The notes: generated from the letters alone by a model not told the origin. A stretch of DNA of 64,000 bases from an uncultured Kiritimatiellota bacterium (GCA_934675625.1 CAKURH010000001.1:474-64473); one strand, 5' to 3'. Shown: positions 1 through 8,903, counted from the stretch's first letter. A program made the numbers and translations.

Positions 1-906
1 GATGCCTACTGGGCAGGCGAGCGGGCGCGGCTTCGGCGTGAGGTGCCGCTCGATCCGCAGGTTGTCCGCGTACCGGAACGCTGCACGGCAACGTTCGACT
101 TCTTCCGCGTGTCGTTCGCGACGTTCGGCCGTCGCGTCTACGGCTACCTGAGCGTGCCGACGGACACGGCGAAGGCTCCGTTCCCTGCGCACGTCGAGGT
201 CAATGCGGCGGGCTTCGGCGGTTGGACGAACGACCTGAACGGGCGTCCCGACGCGATTTGCCTGCGGATGAGCGTCTATCCGTTTGAGCCGGACTGGCGG
301 TGGCAGGCGAGCGGCCTCAAGCGGAAATATGACGCGCTGAACGAGGCGTGCAAGGCGAAATACGGGTGCGGCTATTCGTGCGCGGGCATCGCCGTCTCAC
401 GCGAGGACTACTTCTTCCATACGGTTCTGCTCGGCATCGACCGCGCCGTCGACTGGCTCGCGGCGCGTCCCGACGTCGACCGGTCGCGCTTCGCCTACGA
501 GGGCACGTCGCAGGGCGGCGGCTTCGGCTTCTACCTGACGGGCCTCAACCATACGTTCACGCGCGCGGCGTTCTACGTGCCGGCGATCACGGACACGATG
601 GGCTATCGGAAGGGACGTCAGAGCGGCTGGCCGCAGATCGTCGAGAACAATTCGCGGACGCCAGAGGCGCGGGCCGCCGCCGAGAAATGGGCGCCGTATT
701 TCGACGGCGCAAACTTCGCCGCGCGCATCGCGTGCCCCGTGCGCGTCGCCGTCGGCTTCTCGGACACGACGTGTCCGCCCGCAGCGGTTTACGCGGCCTA
801 CAACGCGATTCGCGCCCAAGACAAGGGCATCGTCCATGGCCTCGGCATGACCCATTCGTGCTTCGGCACGTTCTATTCCGAACTGGGCGCATGGGCGCGG
901 AAATGA
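1..906 (+). CDS. Acetyl-xylan esterase / cephalosporin-C deacetylase family (CE7) alpha/beta hydrolase; 5' end probably truncated by the window edge
   Basis: The frame is open from nt 1, and the ORF track's first M is at 43. The GTSQGGG nucleophile elbow matches the CE7 GxSQG motif. Length and order are AXE1-like. GC3-rich codons. Confidence 0.75.
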   Translation, partial: DAYWAGERARLRREVPLDPQVVRVPERCTATFDFFRVSFATFGRRVYGYLSVPTDTAKAPFPAHVEVNAAGFGGWTNDLNGRPDAICLRMSVYPFEPDWRWQASGLKRKYDALNEACKAKYGCGYSCAGIAVSREDYFFHTVLLGIDRAVDWLAARPDVDRSRFAYEGTSQGGGFGFYLTGLNHTFTRAAFYVPAITDTMGYRKGRQSGWPQIVENNSRTPEARAAAEKWAPYFDGANFAARIACPVRVAVGFSDTTCPPAAVYAAYNAIRAQDKGIVHGLGMTHSCFGTFYSELGAWARK

Positions 907-937
907 CCGCTGTGCCGGTTGCGGCCCGGAAGCCGCG

Positions 938-2116
938 CTAGTTCGTCGGCAGGCGGAAGACGCCCGGCGGGTAGCCGAAGGCGGCCTTGATGGCGCGCGA
1001 GAAGTGGCTTGCGTTGCAGAAGCCGCAGCGCGCGGCGACTTCCGCGATCGGCAGGCGCGTGTTCGTGAGGAGCGCGACGCCTTCGCTCAGCCGGAGGCGC
1101 AGGATCTCCTCGCGGATCGGATGCCCGAAGTGGCGCGCGGCCTTCGTCTCGATCGTGCGGACGGAGATGCCGAGCGCCTCGGCGACGTGCGCGAGCCGGA
1201 ACGGCTCCGCGAGATGCTTGCGGGCGTAGGCGATGACGCGCGCGAGGATGGGGTCTGCGATCGCGAACGTGTCGGTTGAGCGGCGCGTGACGATGCGCGG
1301 AAAGGCGATGTCCACGAGCGGATGGCGCGGTCGTCCGTGCAGCAGGTCGTCGAGCGCCTTGGCGCAGATGCGCCCGGTGTGTTCGCCGTCGAGCGAGATG
1401 GACGAGAGCGAGGGCGTCGCCGTCTCGCAGAGGATCTCGTCGTCGTCCGTCGAGAGGACGGCGAGGTCGTCCGGCACGGCGATGCCGGCGTCGAGGCAGG
1501 CGGCGAGGATCTGCTGGCCCCGGATGTCCTTGACCGTGTAGAGCGCGGTGCGTTTCGGCAGGGCCTTGAGCCAGGCGCTGAGGCGCGGCGCCTCGCGCGC
1601 GAAGTCGGCGCACTCGTCGGGCGAGGGCGGCGGGTAGACGGCGCAGGGGAAACCGGCGGCCCTGATCGTGCGCGCGAAGCCGTCGCGCCGTCCGTCCGAC
1701 CATTCCGCCGGACGCGGCGAGCCGACGAAGGCGAAGGAGCGGAAGCCGCCGCCGAGCAGGTGCTCGGCCGCCATGCGCCCGAGGTTCGGGTTGTCGCGGC
1801 GGACGACGATCATGTCGCGGCGGCGCGGGCGGACGGCGAGCGGCGCGTTGATGAGCACGGTCGGGCGGTTGAGGCGCGCGACGCGCGCCAGCAGCTCGGG
1901 GTTCGCCGAGAGGACGATGACGCCGTCGACGCCCCACGCGCTGACGCGCCGGAGGCCCTGCGCGGCGATGTCCCCGGTGTTCAGGTGGAAGAGCCACGGG
2001 CCCTTTTCGCGCGCGTAGTCGAGGACGCCCTCCAGGATCTTCCGCTGCGTGAAGTTCGCTGTCGGGATGGTGACGAGGATGTGCGGCGCCGCCGCGTGGC
2101 GTGTGGTTCTGCTCAT
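938..2116 (-). CDS. XylR-like hybrid transcriptional regulator: LacI-type periplasmic-binding-fold sensor domain plus C-terminal AraC-family HTH
   Basis: C-terminal AraC HTH (…IAEVAARCGFCNASHFSRAIKAAFGYPPGVF). N-terminal sugar-binding-like domain. The start at MSRTT (2116) is chosen because a TGGTATAAT box lies 6 nt upstream on this strand; the track's longer ORF reaches 2194. Confidence 0.75.
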   Translation of the reverse strand: MSRTTRHAAAPHILVTIPTANFTQRKILEGVLDYAREKGPWLFHLNTGDIAAQGLRRVSAWGVDGVIVLSANPELLARVARLNRPTVLINAPLAVRPRRRDMIVVRRDNPNLGRMAAEHLLGGGFRSFAFVGSPRPAEWSDGRRDGFARTIRAAGFPCAVYPPPSPDECADFAREAPRLSAWLKALPKRTALYTVKDIRGQQILAACLDAGIAVPDDLAVLSTDDDEILCETATPSLSSISLDGEHTGRICAKALDDLLHGRPRHPLVDIAFPRIVTRRSTDTFAIADPILARVIAYARKHLAEPFRLAHVAEALGISVRTIETKAARHFGHPIREEILRLRLSEGVALLTNTRLPIAEVAARCGFCNASHFSRAIKAAFGYPPGVFRLPTN

Positions 2117-2122
2117 GTGCGG

Positions 2123-2131
2123 ATTATACCA
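2123..2131 (-). promoter_or_regulatory. Extended -10 box TGGTATAAT, 6 nt before the start codon of the regulator (predicted leaderless transcript)
   Basis: The minus strand reads gtgTGGTATAATccgcacATG. The same architecture recurs at least five more times in the window. Confidence 0.4.
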
Positions 2132-2167
2132 CACTTCGCGTCCGTCCATCGGCATCTTGCGCATTCG

Positions 2168-2193
2168 TGCATTTAATAATGCGTGGAAATGCA
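2168..2193. promoter_or_regulatory. Inverted repeat TGCATTT-N12-AAATGCA in the divergent promoter region; candidate operator
   Basis: Seen directly: tgcatttaataatgcgtggaaatgca, between the divergently transcribed regulator (start 2116) and the 2233 operon. Confidence 0.25.
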
Positions 2194-2213
2194 ATGACGG
2201 CGCGGCGGCGTTT

Positions 2214-2222
2214 TGCTATAAT
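2214..2222 (+). promoter_or_regulatory. Extended -10-like box TGCTATAAT, 10 nt upstream of the 2233 start codon
   Basis: ttttGCTATAATttcccgtgtcATG. Confidence 0.35.
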
Positions 2223-2232
2223 TTCCCGTGTC

Positions 2233-3120
2233 ATGAGATTCTCCGTTGGATATCAGCCCGACCGGGCGTGGATCGACGCGATTGCCGCGCGCGCGGATCG
2301 CCTGGACGAAGTCTACTTCGCCTTCGGCGCACTGCCGTCCGGCCGCGCCGCCGTTGCGGACGTCGACCGTCAGCTGGAGGATCTCGGGCGGCTTGCCGAC
2401 GCGGGGCTCGGCCTCAACCTCCTCTTCAACGCGAACTGCTACGGCGCGCGGGCGCTTGCGAAGGGCTTCTTCGCGGACGTCGGCGAGACGGTCGAGCGGT
2501 TCGCGGCGGACGGCGCGCTCACGTCGGTGACGACGACCTCGCCGCTCGTCGCGAAGTTCGTGAAGGACAACTTCCCGGGCCTCAAGACGCGCGCCTCGGT
2601 CAACATGGAGATCGGGACGGTCGAAGGGATGGACTATCTCGCCGACGTCTTCGACGGCTACTACCTCAAGCGCGAGCTGAACCGCGACCGTGCGGCGGTG
2701 CGTGCGGCGAAGGCGTGGTGTGACGCGCACGGGAAGGGTCTTTATCTTCTCGCCAATTCGGGCTGTCTCAACTTCTGCTCGTCGCACGTCTTCCACGACA
2801 ACCTCGTCGCGCACGAGGCCGAGATCGCGCAGTCCGAGAACGGCTACGCCTGGCGCGGCACGTGCTGGCAGTGGCTTGCGAAGCCGGAGAACCGTGCGCA
2901 ATGGCACGCGCGCACGAACTGGATCGCGCCGGAGGACGTCGCGTCCTACGAGGGCCTCTGCACGGGCATGAAGCTTGCGACGCGCGCGAGTGCGCATCCG
3001 ATCCGCATCCTCGAATCCTACGTGACGGGCTCGCACGTCGGCGACATCCGGGGGCTTCTGGAGCCCGACCATTCGGCTCTTTTCAGGCAAAGGGACAACG
3101 AACAGAAAACGGACAACTGA
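2233..3120 (+). CDS. Peptidase-U32-like / TIM-barrel family protein of unknown specificity; first gene of the Fe-S paralog cluster
   Basis: Start MRFSVGYQPD. Order and spacing of conserved blocks resemble the U32 family (N-terminal beta-alpha start, then LLANSGCLNFCSS, a Cys-pair segment reminiscent of the U32 signature). The stop lies 2 nt before the next start. GC3-rich. Confidence 0.55.
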   Translation: MRFSVGYQPDRAWIDAIAARADRLDEVYFAFGALPSGRAAVADVDRQLEDLGRLADAGLGLNLLFNANCYGARALAKGFFADVGETVERFAADGALTSVTTTSPLVAKFVKDNFPGLKTRASVNMEIGTVEGMDYLADVFDGYYLKRELNRDRAAVRAAKAWCDAHGKGLYLLANSGCLNFCSSHVFHDNLVAHEAEIAQSENGYAWRGTCWQWLAKPENRAQWHARTNWIAPEDVASYEGLCTGMKLATRASAHPIRILESYVTGSHVGDIRGLLEPDHSALFRQRDNEQKTDN

Positions 3121-3122
3121 CC

Positions 3123-4208
3123 ATGCTCAACGCAAAGCTCATCAAGGAAATCGCGAAGAAGGCGGGGGCCGACAAGTGCGGCATCGCGCCGATTTCGCGC
3201 ATGAAGAACGCGCCGGACGAGATGAACCCGACGTTCCTCTTCCCCAACTGCAAGTCGATCGTCGGCTTCGTCTTCCGCATTCCGCGCGGCGTGCAGCGTG
3301 GCATCGAGGAGGGCACGCAGTTCTACCAGTACCCGTCGATGGCCTACGGCGGCATCAACGAGATTCTCGCGCCGGCGACGCTCTACCACGTCGGCCAGGC
3401 GATCGAGGACGCCGGCTACGAGGCGTTCGTCTACCGCAACACCGGCGCGCGCGGCTGCGTGTCGGACATGGACGGCTCGAAGGACGCGAAGCTCTCGCCG
3501 GAAGAGCAGATCGAAGTCAGCGAGAACGCGAAGGACTCGACGGCGCACCACCGCTCCGTCGACTTCACGCGCGCGACGCGCCCCGGCGAGAACGTGCCGC
3601 CCGACCTGCAGTTCCAGTTCCGCATCTGCGCGGTCGCGTGCGGCCTCGGCGAGATCGGCTGGTCGAAGATGCTGCTGACGCCGGAGTTCGGCCCGCTTCA
3701 GCGCGTCGCCTTCCTCTTCACCGACGGCGAATTCGACGCCTACGACGAGATCTACTCCGGCCCGCCCCTCTGCCGGCGGTGCGGCGCGTGCGCGCGCGAA
3801 TGTCCCGGCCACTGCATCCCGCCGATCCGGGGCGGCGCGAAATGCACGGCGTCGATCGGCGACTACACGATGGAGTGGGGCGACATCGACATGTGGAAGT
3901 GCTATGCGTTCTACACGCACGCGGGCCGCTACTACAACCCGTTCGTGCCGAAGGAGGTCTGGGACGAGAACCGCAACGGCGACCTCGACCTGCTGGAGGG
4001 GAAGACCGGCGCAAGCGAGCAGGAGATCATGAAGGTCTACAAGGCGCTCGCGAAATACTTCCCGACATGGGTCGGCTACAACATGGCGAAGTGCGGCGGC
4101 TGCATCCGCGCGTGCGTCGCGATGCTGGAGAAGCCGGGCGGGTGCCTGCACGGACGGTTCAGGAATCCGCTCCGGACACGGACGCAGCCCTGGAAGATGG
4201 AGAGGTAG
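3123..4208 (+). CDS. QueG/RdhA-superfamily-like iron-sulfur protein, paralog 1 (two Cys clusters including CxxCxxCxxxCP)
   Basis: The N-terminus MLNAKLIKEIAKKAGADKCGIAPI resembles QueG/RdhA N-termini. CRRCGACARECPGHC and a C-terminal CGGCIRAC are present. Homologous along its full length to the next two genes. Confidence 0.7.
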   Translation: MLNAKLIKEIAKKAGADKCGIAPISRMKNAPDEMNPTFLFPNCKSIVGFVFRIPRGVQRGIEEGTQFYQYPSMAYGGINEILAPATLYHVGQAIEDAGYEAFVYRNTGARGCVSDMDGSKDAKLSPEEQIEVSENAKDSTAHHRSVDFTRATRPGENVPPDLQFQFRICAVACGLGEIGWSKMLLTPEFGPLQRVAFLFTDGEFDAYDEIYSGPPLCRRCGACARECPGHCIPPIRGGAKCTASIGDYTMEWGDIDMWKCYAFYTHAGRYYNPFVPKEVWDENRNGDLDLLEGKTGASEQEIMKVYKALAKYFPTWVGYNMAKCGGCIRACVAMLEKPGGCLHGRFRNPLRTRTQPWKMER

Positions 4209-4257
4209 GAGAGAGTTGAGTGAGTTGAGAAGTTGAGATGTTGAGAGGGTGAGAAGA
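4209..4257. repeat. Purine-rich short tandem repeat (about 8-nt period, GTTGAGA core, 5 units) in the spacer between Fe-S paralogs 1 and 2
   Basis: Seen directly: gagagagttgagtgagttgagaagttgagatgttgagagggtgagaag. Confidence 0.6.
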
Positions 4258-4262
4258 AAAAC

Positions 4263-5054
4263 ATGATTGACCGAAAGACAATCGAGACGGCGGCGCGCGA
4301 ACTCGGCGCGGCAAAATTTGGCATCGGCGACCTGTCGCTCTTTGAAGGCGAAGACCCGCGACGGGATCCGAAGATGGTCTGTCCGCAGGCGAAGTGCCTC
4401 ATCGGCTTCGGCATCCCTGTGCCGAAGGGCCTCTACAAGACGATGAAGGAGGGCTCGCAGTTCTACACCTACACGACCGTGGGCGTGAAGGCCATCGACG
4501 AGGAATACTTCGAGATTTTCCTCTTCAAGATGGCGTCGCTGATCGAGGACGCGGGCTACGACGCCTGCCTCCAGCGCACGACGCCGAACCTCAAGGTGAA
4601 GGGCGACAAGACCTGCAATCCCGAGACGATCGGCATCTACGAGCTGAAGTACGCCTCGCCCGTCGAGGCCGGGAAGCCGCCGCCGGACGTCATTCTTGAC
4701 TTCGGCAAGGCCGCGCGCGCCTGCGGTCTCGGCTGGCCAGGGCGAAGCGGGCGGATCGTCAACCGTGCATTCGGCCCGTTCATGCGCTATGCGTTCATCA
4801 TCACGGACGCGGAGCTGGAGACGAATCCGCCGTTCACGGACGACCTCTGCGCCGGCTGCACGGCGTGTGCGGCGGCGTGTGACGCGGGGTGCATCGATCC
4901 CGAAAAGGGCCTCGACACGTGGAAATGCTGGGAACACTACAACAAGGCGCGCGATTTCTCGTTGCCGCGCACGCAGTGGGGCTATCAGGCCTGTCTCTGC
5001 GGCAAGAAATGCGACATCGCGTGCTATGAGCATCTAGTGGGCTGTGAGATTTGA
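4263..5054 (+). CDS. QueG/RdhA-like iron-sulfur protein, paralog 2
   Basis: MIDRKTIETAARELGAAKFGIGDL…; CAGCTACAAACDAGC and CLCGKKCDIAC; collinear with paralogs 1 and 3. Confidence 0.7.
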   Translation: MIDRKTIETAARELGAAKFGIGDLSLFEGEDPRRDPKMVCPQAKCLIGFGIPVPKGLYKTMKEGSQFYTYTTVGVKAIDEEYFEIFLFKMASLIEDAGYDACLQRTTPNLKVKGDKTCNPETIGIYELKYASPVEAGKPPPDVILDFGKAARACGLGWPGRSGRIVNRAFGPFMRYAFIITDAELETNPPFTDDLCAGCTACAAACDAGCIDPEKGLDTWKCWEHYNKARDFSLPRTQWGYQACLCGKKCDIACYEHLVGCEI

Positions 5055-5147
5055 ACGCGATGTTCATGAAAATTGAGACTTTAGATTTAAAATTTGAAAT
5101 CTAAGATTTAAGATTTAAAATTTAAGATTTGATTTGAGATTTGAGAT
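5055..5147. repeat. AT-rich 7-bp-period tandem repeat ((A/G)AGATTT, about 10 units) that runs into the start codon of paralog 3; the same family recurs at 59495-59604 in opposite orientation
   Basis: …gatttaaaatttgaaatctaagatttaagatttaaaatttaagatttgatttgagatttgagatATG… Two ttaaaattt A-tracts are spaced 21 bp apart. AT-rich against a GC-rich background. Confidence 0.6.
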
Positions 5148-6083
5148 ATGAAATCTGAAATTCTGAAATTGGCGAAGACGTGCGGCGCCGACCTCGTGGG
5201 CGTTGCGTCCGCCTCGCGCTTCCCTGCCGGCCACAAGATCTTCCGCATCTACCCGCAGGTGCAGTCGGTGCTCGGCTTCGCGTTCCGCTGTCTGCGCGGC
5301 AGCTATCGCGGCACGGAGGAGGGGACGACCTACTACCAGTACACGACAATGTCCGTCGAGAACCTGGAAGAGACGGTCATGCCCGTCGCCCTCGTGCGCC
5401 TCGCGAACCTCATTGAGTCGAAGGGCTTCACGGCCGTTCCCCAGCGTCGCCACCAGACGATCATGGAGGAGTCGGACGCGACGAACCCCGAAGTTGCCTA
5501 CGACGCGATTGCGCGCGGCCGCACGGAAGAGCCGCAGTTCGACTTCGTCGATGCGGCCGTCCGCTGCGGCCTCGGCGAAAAGGGCTTCCACGGCGCGCTC
5601 CTGACGGACGACTTCGGGCCGATGCAGCGCACCTGCTTCATCCTGACGGACGCCGCGATCGAGCCGGACGCCGTGGCCGCGCCGCATCTCTGCGACCGCT
5701 GCGGGAAATGCGCGGCGGCGTGTCCGGGCCGCAGCATCGGCGCGGACGGAGCGCTCGACCCATGGCGGTGCGCGGTCTACTACAACGGCGCGAACGGCAC
5801 GAAGAACCCGTTCATGCCGCCTGAGGCGTTCCCCGACTTCCCCGACCGCCTGGCGATCATCGCGGGCGAGGCGGAGATCGACCCCGCAAAGGCGAAGCGG
5901 ATTCTCGACGAGATCTACTTCTATCCCCCGGCCCAGCACGCCTATACCTGCTCGATCTGCGGGCGCGCGTGCGACGTCGCCTGCTACTGCCACCTGGAGG
6001 CGCGGGGCGCGCTGAAGCGGACGTTCAAGACGCCGTTCCGCACGCGCCCCGAATGGAAATTCAAGCTTGAGGACTTCGCATGA
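5148..6083 (+). CDS. QueG/RdhA-like iron-sulfur protein, paralog 3
   Basis: MKSEILKLAKTCGADLVGVASA…; CDRCGKCAAACPG and CSICGRACDVAC; overlaps the next gene by 4 nt. Confidence 0.7.
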   Translation: MKSEILKLAKTCGADLVGVASASRFPAGHKIFRIYPQVQSVLGFAFRCLRGSYRGTEEGTTYYQYTTMSVENLEETVMPVALVRLANLIESKGFTAVPQRRHQTIMEESDATNPEVAYDAIARGRTEEPQFDFVDAAVRCGLGEKGFHGALLTDDFGPMQRTCFILTDAAIEPDAVAAPHLCDRCGKCAAACPGRSIGADGALDPWRCAVYYNGANGTKNPFMPPEAFPDFPDRLAIIAGEAEIDPAKAKRILDEIYFYPPAQHAYTCSICGRACDVACYCHLEARGALKRTFKTPFRTRPEWKFKLEDFA

Positions 6084-7717
6084 GCTTCCACGGGATTGAC
6101 TACCTCGTCATCGTCGCCTTCTTCGCCATCCTGCTCGCGATTCCCGTCTGGGCCAGTCGGCGGAGCGCGCAGGGCGCCTCCGACTTCTTCCACTCCGGCC
6201 GCTCGATGCCGTGGTGGCTCATCGGCATCTCGATGGTTGCGGCGATGACGTCGACCAATTCGGCGAACCTCTTCACGCAGTTCATCCGCGAGGACGGGTT
6301 CGCCGGGAACTGGGCGTGGTGGTCGTTCCTCACGGGCGGCGTTCTCACGGTCTTCGTCTACGCGAAGCTCTGGCACCGTTCGGGGGCGACGACGGACATC
6401 GCGTTCTACGAGCTGCGCTATTCGGGAAGGCCCGCCGCGTTCCTGCGCGGCTTCCGCGCCGTCTACCTTGGCGTCGTCTACAATCTCGTCGTGATGGCGA
6501 CCGTCCTTCTGGGCGCAGTCAAGCTCGGCACCGTCCTCTTCGACGTGCCCGCGTGGGTCGTCCTTGCCGTCACGGCCGTGGCGAGCGTCCTCTATTCGAC
6601 GCTCGGCGGCATTCGCGGCACGATCTACGCCGACTTCTACCTTTTCGCCGTCATCATGGTCGGCGCGGTCGCGGTCATGGTCTTCGCGCTCGCGCAGCCG
6701 GCGGTCGGCGGCTTCGACGCGCTGATGCGCCATGCGGCGGTCGTGCCGAAGCTCGGCTTCTTCCCGGACTTCTCGGACACGGACACGCTCGTCGCCGTCT
6801 TCGTCATCCCCGTCGCGATCCAGTGGTGGAACGTCTGGTATTCCGGCTCCGAGCCGGGCGGCGGCGGGTACATCGTCCAGCGCATGCTGACGGCGAAGAG
6901 CGGCGGCCACGCGCTCGGCGGGACGCTCTTCGCGCAGATCGTGCAGTACGCGATCCGCCCCTGGCCGTGGTATGTCGTCGCGTTCGCCTCGCTCGTCGTC
7001 TTCCCCGACCTCGACTCGATCCGGGCGGCGTTTCCGCACGTTGATCCGAAGTATGTCGGCAACGACATGGCGTATCCGGCGATGATCAAGTTCGTGCCGG
7101 CCGGCTGGCTCGGCGTGGTCGCCGCGTCGCTCATGGGCGCGCTGTTCTCGACGATTGCCGCGCAGCTCGCGATGGGCGCGAACTACGTGGCGCACGACGT
7201 GTGGAAGCGCTTCGTCCACCCGGCGGCGGACGCGCACGAGCTCGTCGCCGTCGCGCGGGGAACGTCGGTCGCGCTCATGGTCGCGGGCGCGCTCCTCGCG
7301 CCGCTGCTTGCGGACGCGAAGGCGGGCTTCGACCTGATGATCATGGTCGGCGCGGGCACGGGCGCGGTCTTCCTGCTGCGGTGGTTCTGGATGCGCATCA
7401 ACGCCTGGACGGAGATCGTGGCGTTGAGCGTCTCGATCGCCTGTGCCGTCTTCTTCCAGATGGTGGGGCCACACGTCTTCGCGACGCCGCTGGCCTTTGG
7501 ACAGCGGCTGCTCCTGACGATCGGCGTCACGACGGCCGCGTGGCTCGCGGCGACGTTCCTCACGGTGCCCGAACCGCCGGCGGTCATCGCCGATTTCCGT
7601 GGGCGCGTCCGCGCCTCCGGACGTGACGTGGGGCTGGGGGTCCTCTGGACCTTCCTCGTCTCCGTCGCGATCTTCGCGTTCATGTGGGCCCTTGGGGCGT
7701 TGGTGGTGAACGGATGA
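6080..7717 (+). CDS. Sodium:solute symporter (SSS/SSF family) transporter
   Basis: 545 aa, multi-pass hydrophobic. The N-terminal region is typical of the SSF family (…GRSMPWWLIGISMVAAMTSTNSAN…). ATGA overlap with the upstream gene. Confidence 0.8.
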   Translation: MSFHGIDYLVIVAFFAILLAIPVWASRRSAQGASDFFHSGRSMPWWLIGISMVAAMTSTNSANLFTQFIREDGFAGNWAWWSFLTGGVLTVFVYAKLWHRSGATTDIAFYELRYSGRPAAFLRGFRAVYLGVVYNLVVMATVLLGAVKLGTVLFDVPAWVVLAVTAVASVLYSTLGGIRGTIYADFYLFAVIMVGAVAVMVFALAQPAVGGFDALMRHAAVVPKLGFFPDFSDTDTLVAVFVIPVAIQWWNVWYSGSEPGGGGYIVQRMLTAKSGGHALGGTLFAQIVQYAIRPWPWYVVAFASLVVFPDLDSIRAAFPHVDPKYVGNDMAYPAMIKFVPAGWLGVVAASLMGALFSTIAAQLAMGANYVAHDVWKRFVHPAADAHELVAVARGTSVALMVAGALLAPLLADAKAGFDLMIMVGAGTGAVFLLRWFWMRINAWTEIVALSVSIACAVFFQMVGPHVFATPLAFGQRLLLTIGVTTAAWLAATFLTVPEPPAVIADFRGRVRASGRDVGLGVLWTFLVSVAIFAFMWALGALVVNG

Positions 7718-7719
7718 AG

Positions 7720-8883
7720 TTAGGGTTTCGAGGCGCGGCGGCGGTAGGCTGACATGGTTTGGCCCGTTGCGCGCTTGAAGAGCGTCTTCAGGTGCGCTTC
7801 GCTGTTGAAGCCGCAGCGTTCGCCGAGACGCGCGAGCGGCAGGTCGCTCGTGCGGAGCAGCTCCTTGACGTGATCGAGCCGGGCGCGCTGGAGCGTCTTC
7901 GCCGCCGTCGTGCCGAGCACGTCGCGGAAGTGCAGTTCCAGCAGGCGTTCGGAGGTGCCGGCCGCGCGCGCGATGTCGGCGATGCGGATCGGTTCGGCGG
8001 CATGGCGGCGAATGAACTCCGTCGCCAGGGCCACGGTGCGTGCCGTGCCCGTGACGTCGGCCGTGGAGACGCGCGCCACGACATCGCGGACGCCGTAGCG
8101 GATCGGCTCCCGCGCGACGCGCGCCCCCCGCAGCAGACGCTCCAGCGTCTCGACCGCGAGATGTCCGCCGTCGTTGAAGTCGGGCCAGACGCTCGTGAGC
8201 GTCGGAATCGTGTTCTCGCAGATGTACTCCTCGTTGTCGACGCCCACGAGCAGCAGCTGTTCGGGAATCTTCAGCCCCGCCGTGCGGCAGGTGTCGATGA
8301 CGTCCTTCGCCCGCTGGTCGAATTCCGCGAAGACGCCGCAGGGCTTGGGCAGGTTCGTCAGCCAGCGCGCCAGGTCGGCCGTGCCGCGCGCGGGCGGATC
8401 GTAGATGTCGACGTCCAGCCCCTGTGCGGCCAGCGTCTCGCGAAACGCCGCGCAGCGGCGACGGAGGAACGGGTTGCAGACCGTCGCCGGAACGTAGGCG
8501 AAGTGGCGGAGTCTCTTGCCGAGGAGAAGTTCGGCGGCGGCCCGTCCGATGGCTGCGTTGTCACAGCAGACGTGGCGCACGGCAAGGCGCGGCTCGTCGG
8601 GGTCACCCGACGTGTCGTCGTAGGCGGCGATCAGCGCGCGTAGTCCGGCGTCCGCGAGACGGCGGGCCTGCGGCGGCGTGAGCGGGCGGTCGGTGATCAG
8701 TCCGTCCGGCCGCCAGCGGACGAGGTCGGCGAGGCGGTTCAGGGGATGCCCGTGCAGAAGCCGCACGTCCCAGCGGGGACGCTGCGCGGCGGCGTGGAGG
8801 ACGCCGCCGAGGAGGTCGCGCGCGGCCTTTTGGCGCAAGTCGACCTGAACGAGGATGTGAAGGGTGTCTGACGACGGCTTCAT
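7720..8883 (-). CDS. XylR-like hybrid regulator (LacI-type sensor domain plus AraC HTH), paralog of 938-2116
   Basis: C-terminal AraC HTH (…LGERCGFNSEAHLKTLFKRATGQTMSAYRR). The start at MKPSS (8883) is preferred because TGGTATACT sits 12 nt upstream on this strand; the track ORF extends to 8904. Confidence 0.75.
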   Translation of the reverse strand: MKPSSDTLHILVQVDLRQKAARDLLGGVLHAAAQRPRWDVRLLHGHPLNRLADLVRWRPDGLITDRPLTPPQARRLADAGLRALIAAYDDTSGDPDEPRLAVRHVCCDNAAIGRAAAELLLGKRLRHFAYVPATVCNPFLRRRCAAFRETLAAQGLDVDIYDPPARGTADLARWLTNLPKPCGVFAEFDQRAKDVIDTCRTAGLKIPEQLLLVGVDNEEYICENTIPTLTSVWPDFNDGGHLAVETLERLLRGARVAREPIRYGVRDVVARVSTADVTGTARTVALATEFIRRHAAEPIRIADIARAAGTSERLLELHFRDVLGTTAAKTLQRARLDHVKELLRTSDLPLARLGERCGFNSEAHLKTLFKRATGQTMSAYRRRASKP

Positions 8884-8894
8884 GTTCGCCGGAC

Positions 8895-8903
8895 AGTATA
8901 CCA
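8895..8903 (-). promoter_or_regulatory. Extended -10 box TGGTATACT for the regulator (leaderless-type spacing)
   Basis: The minus strand reads aTGGTATACTgtccggcgaacATG. Confidence 0.35.

Noticed and set aside
3018-5033. 671-aa minus-strand ORF and many other long antisense ORFs (for example 14109-16214, 24030-26342, 30897-33962, 37746-40295, 50067-52901, 59575-61383, 62016-63914)
   Set aside because: Arg/Ala/Pro-rich low-complexity translations typical of the antisense of GC3-rich genes. They overlap well-supported + strand genes, and no domains are recognisable.
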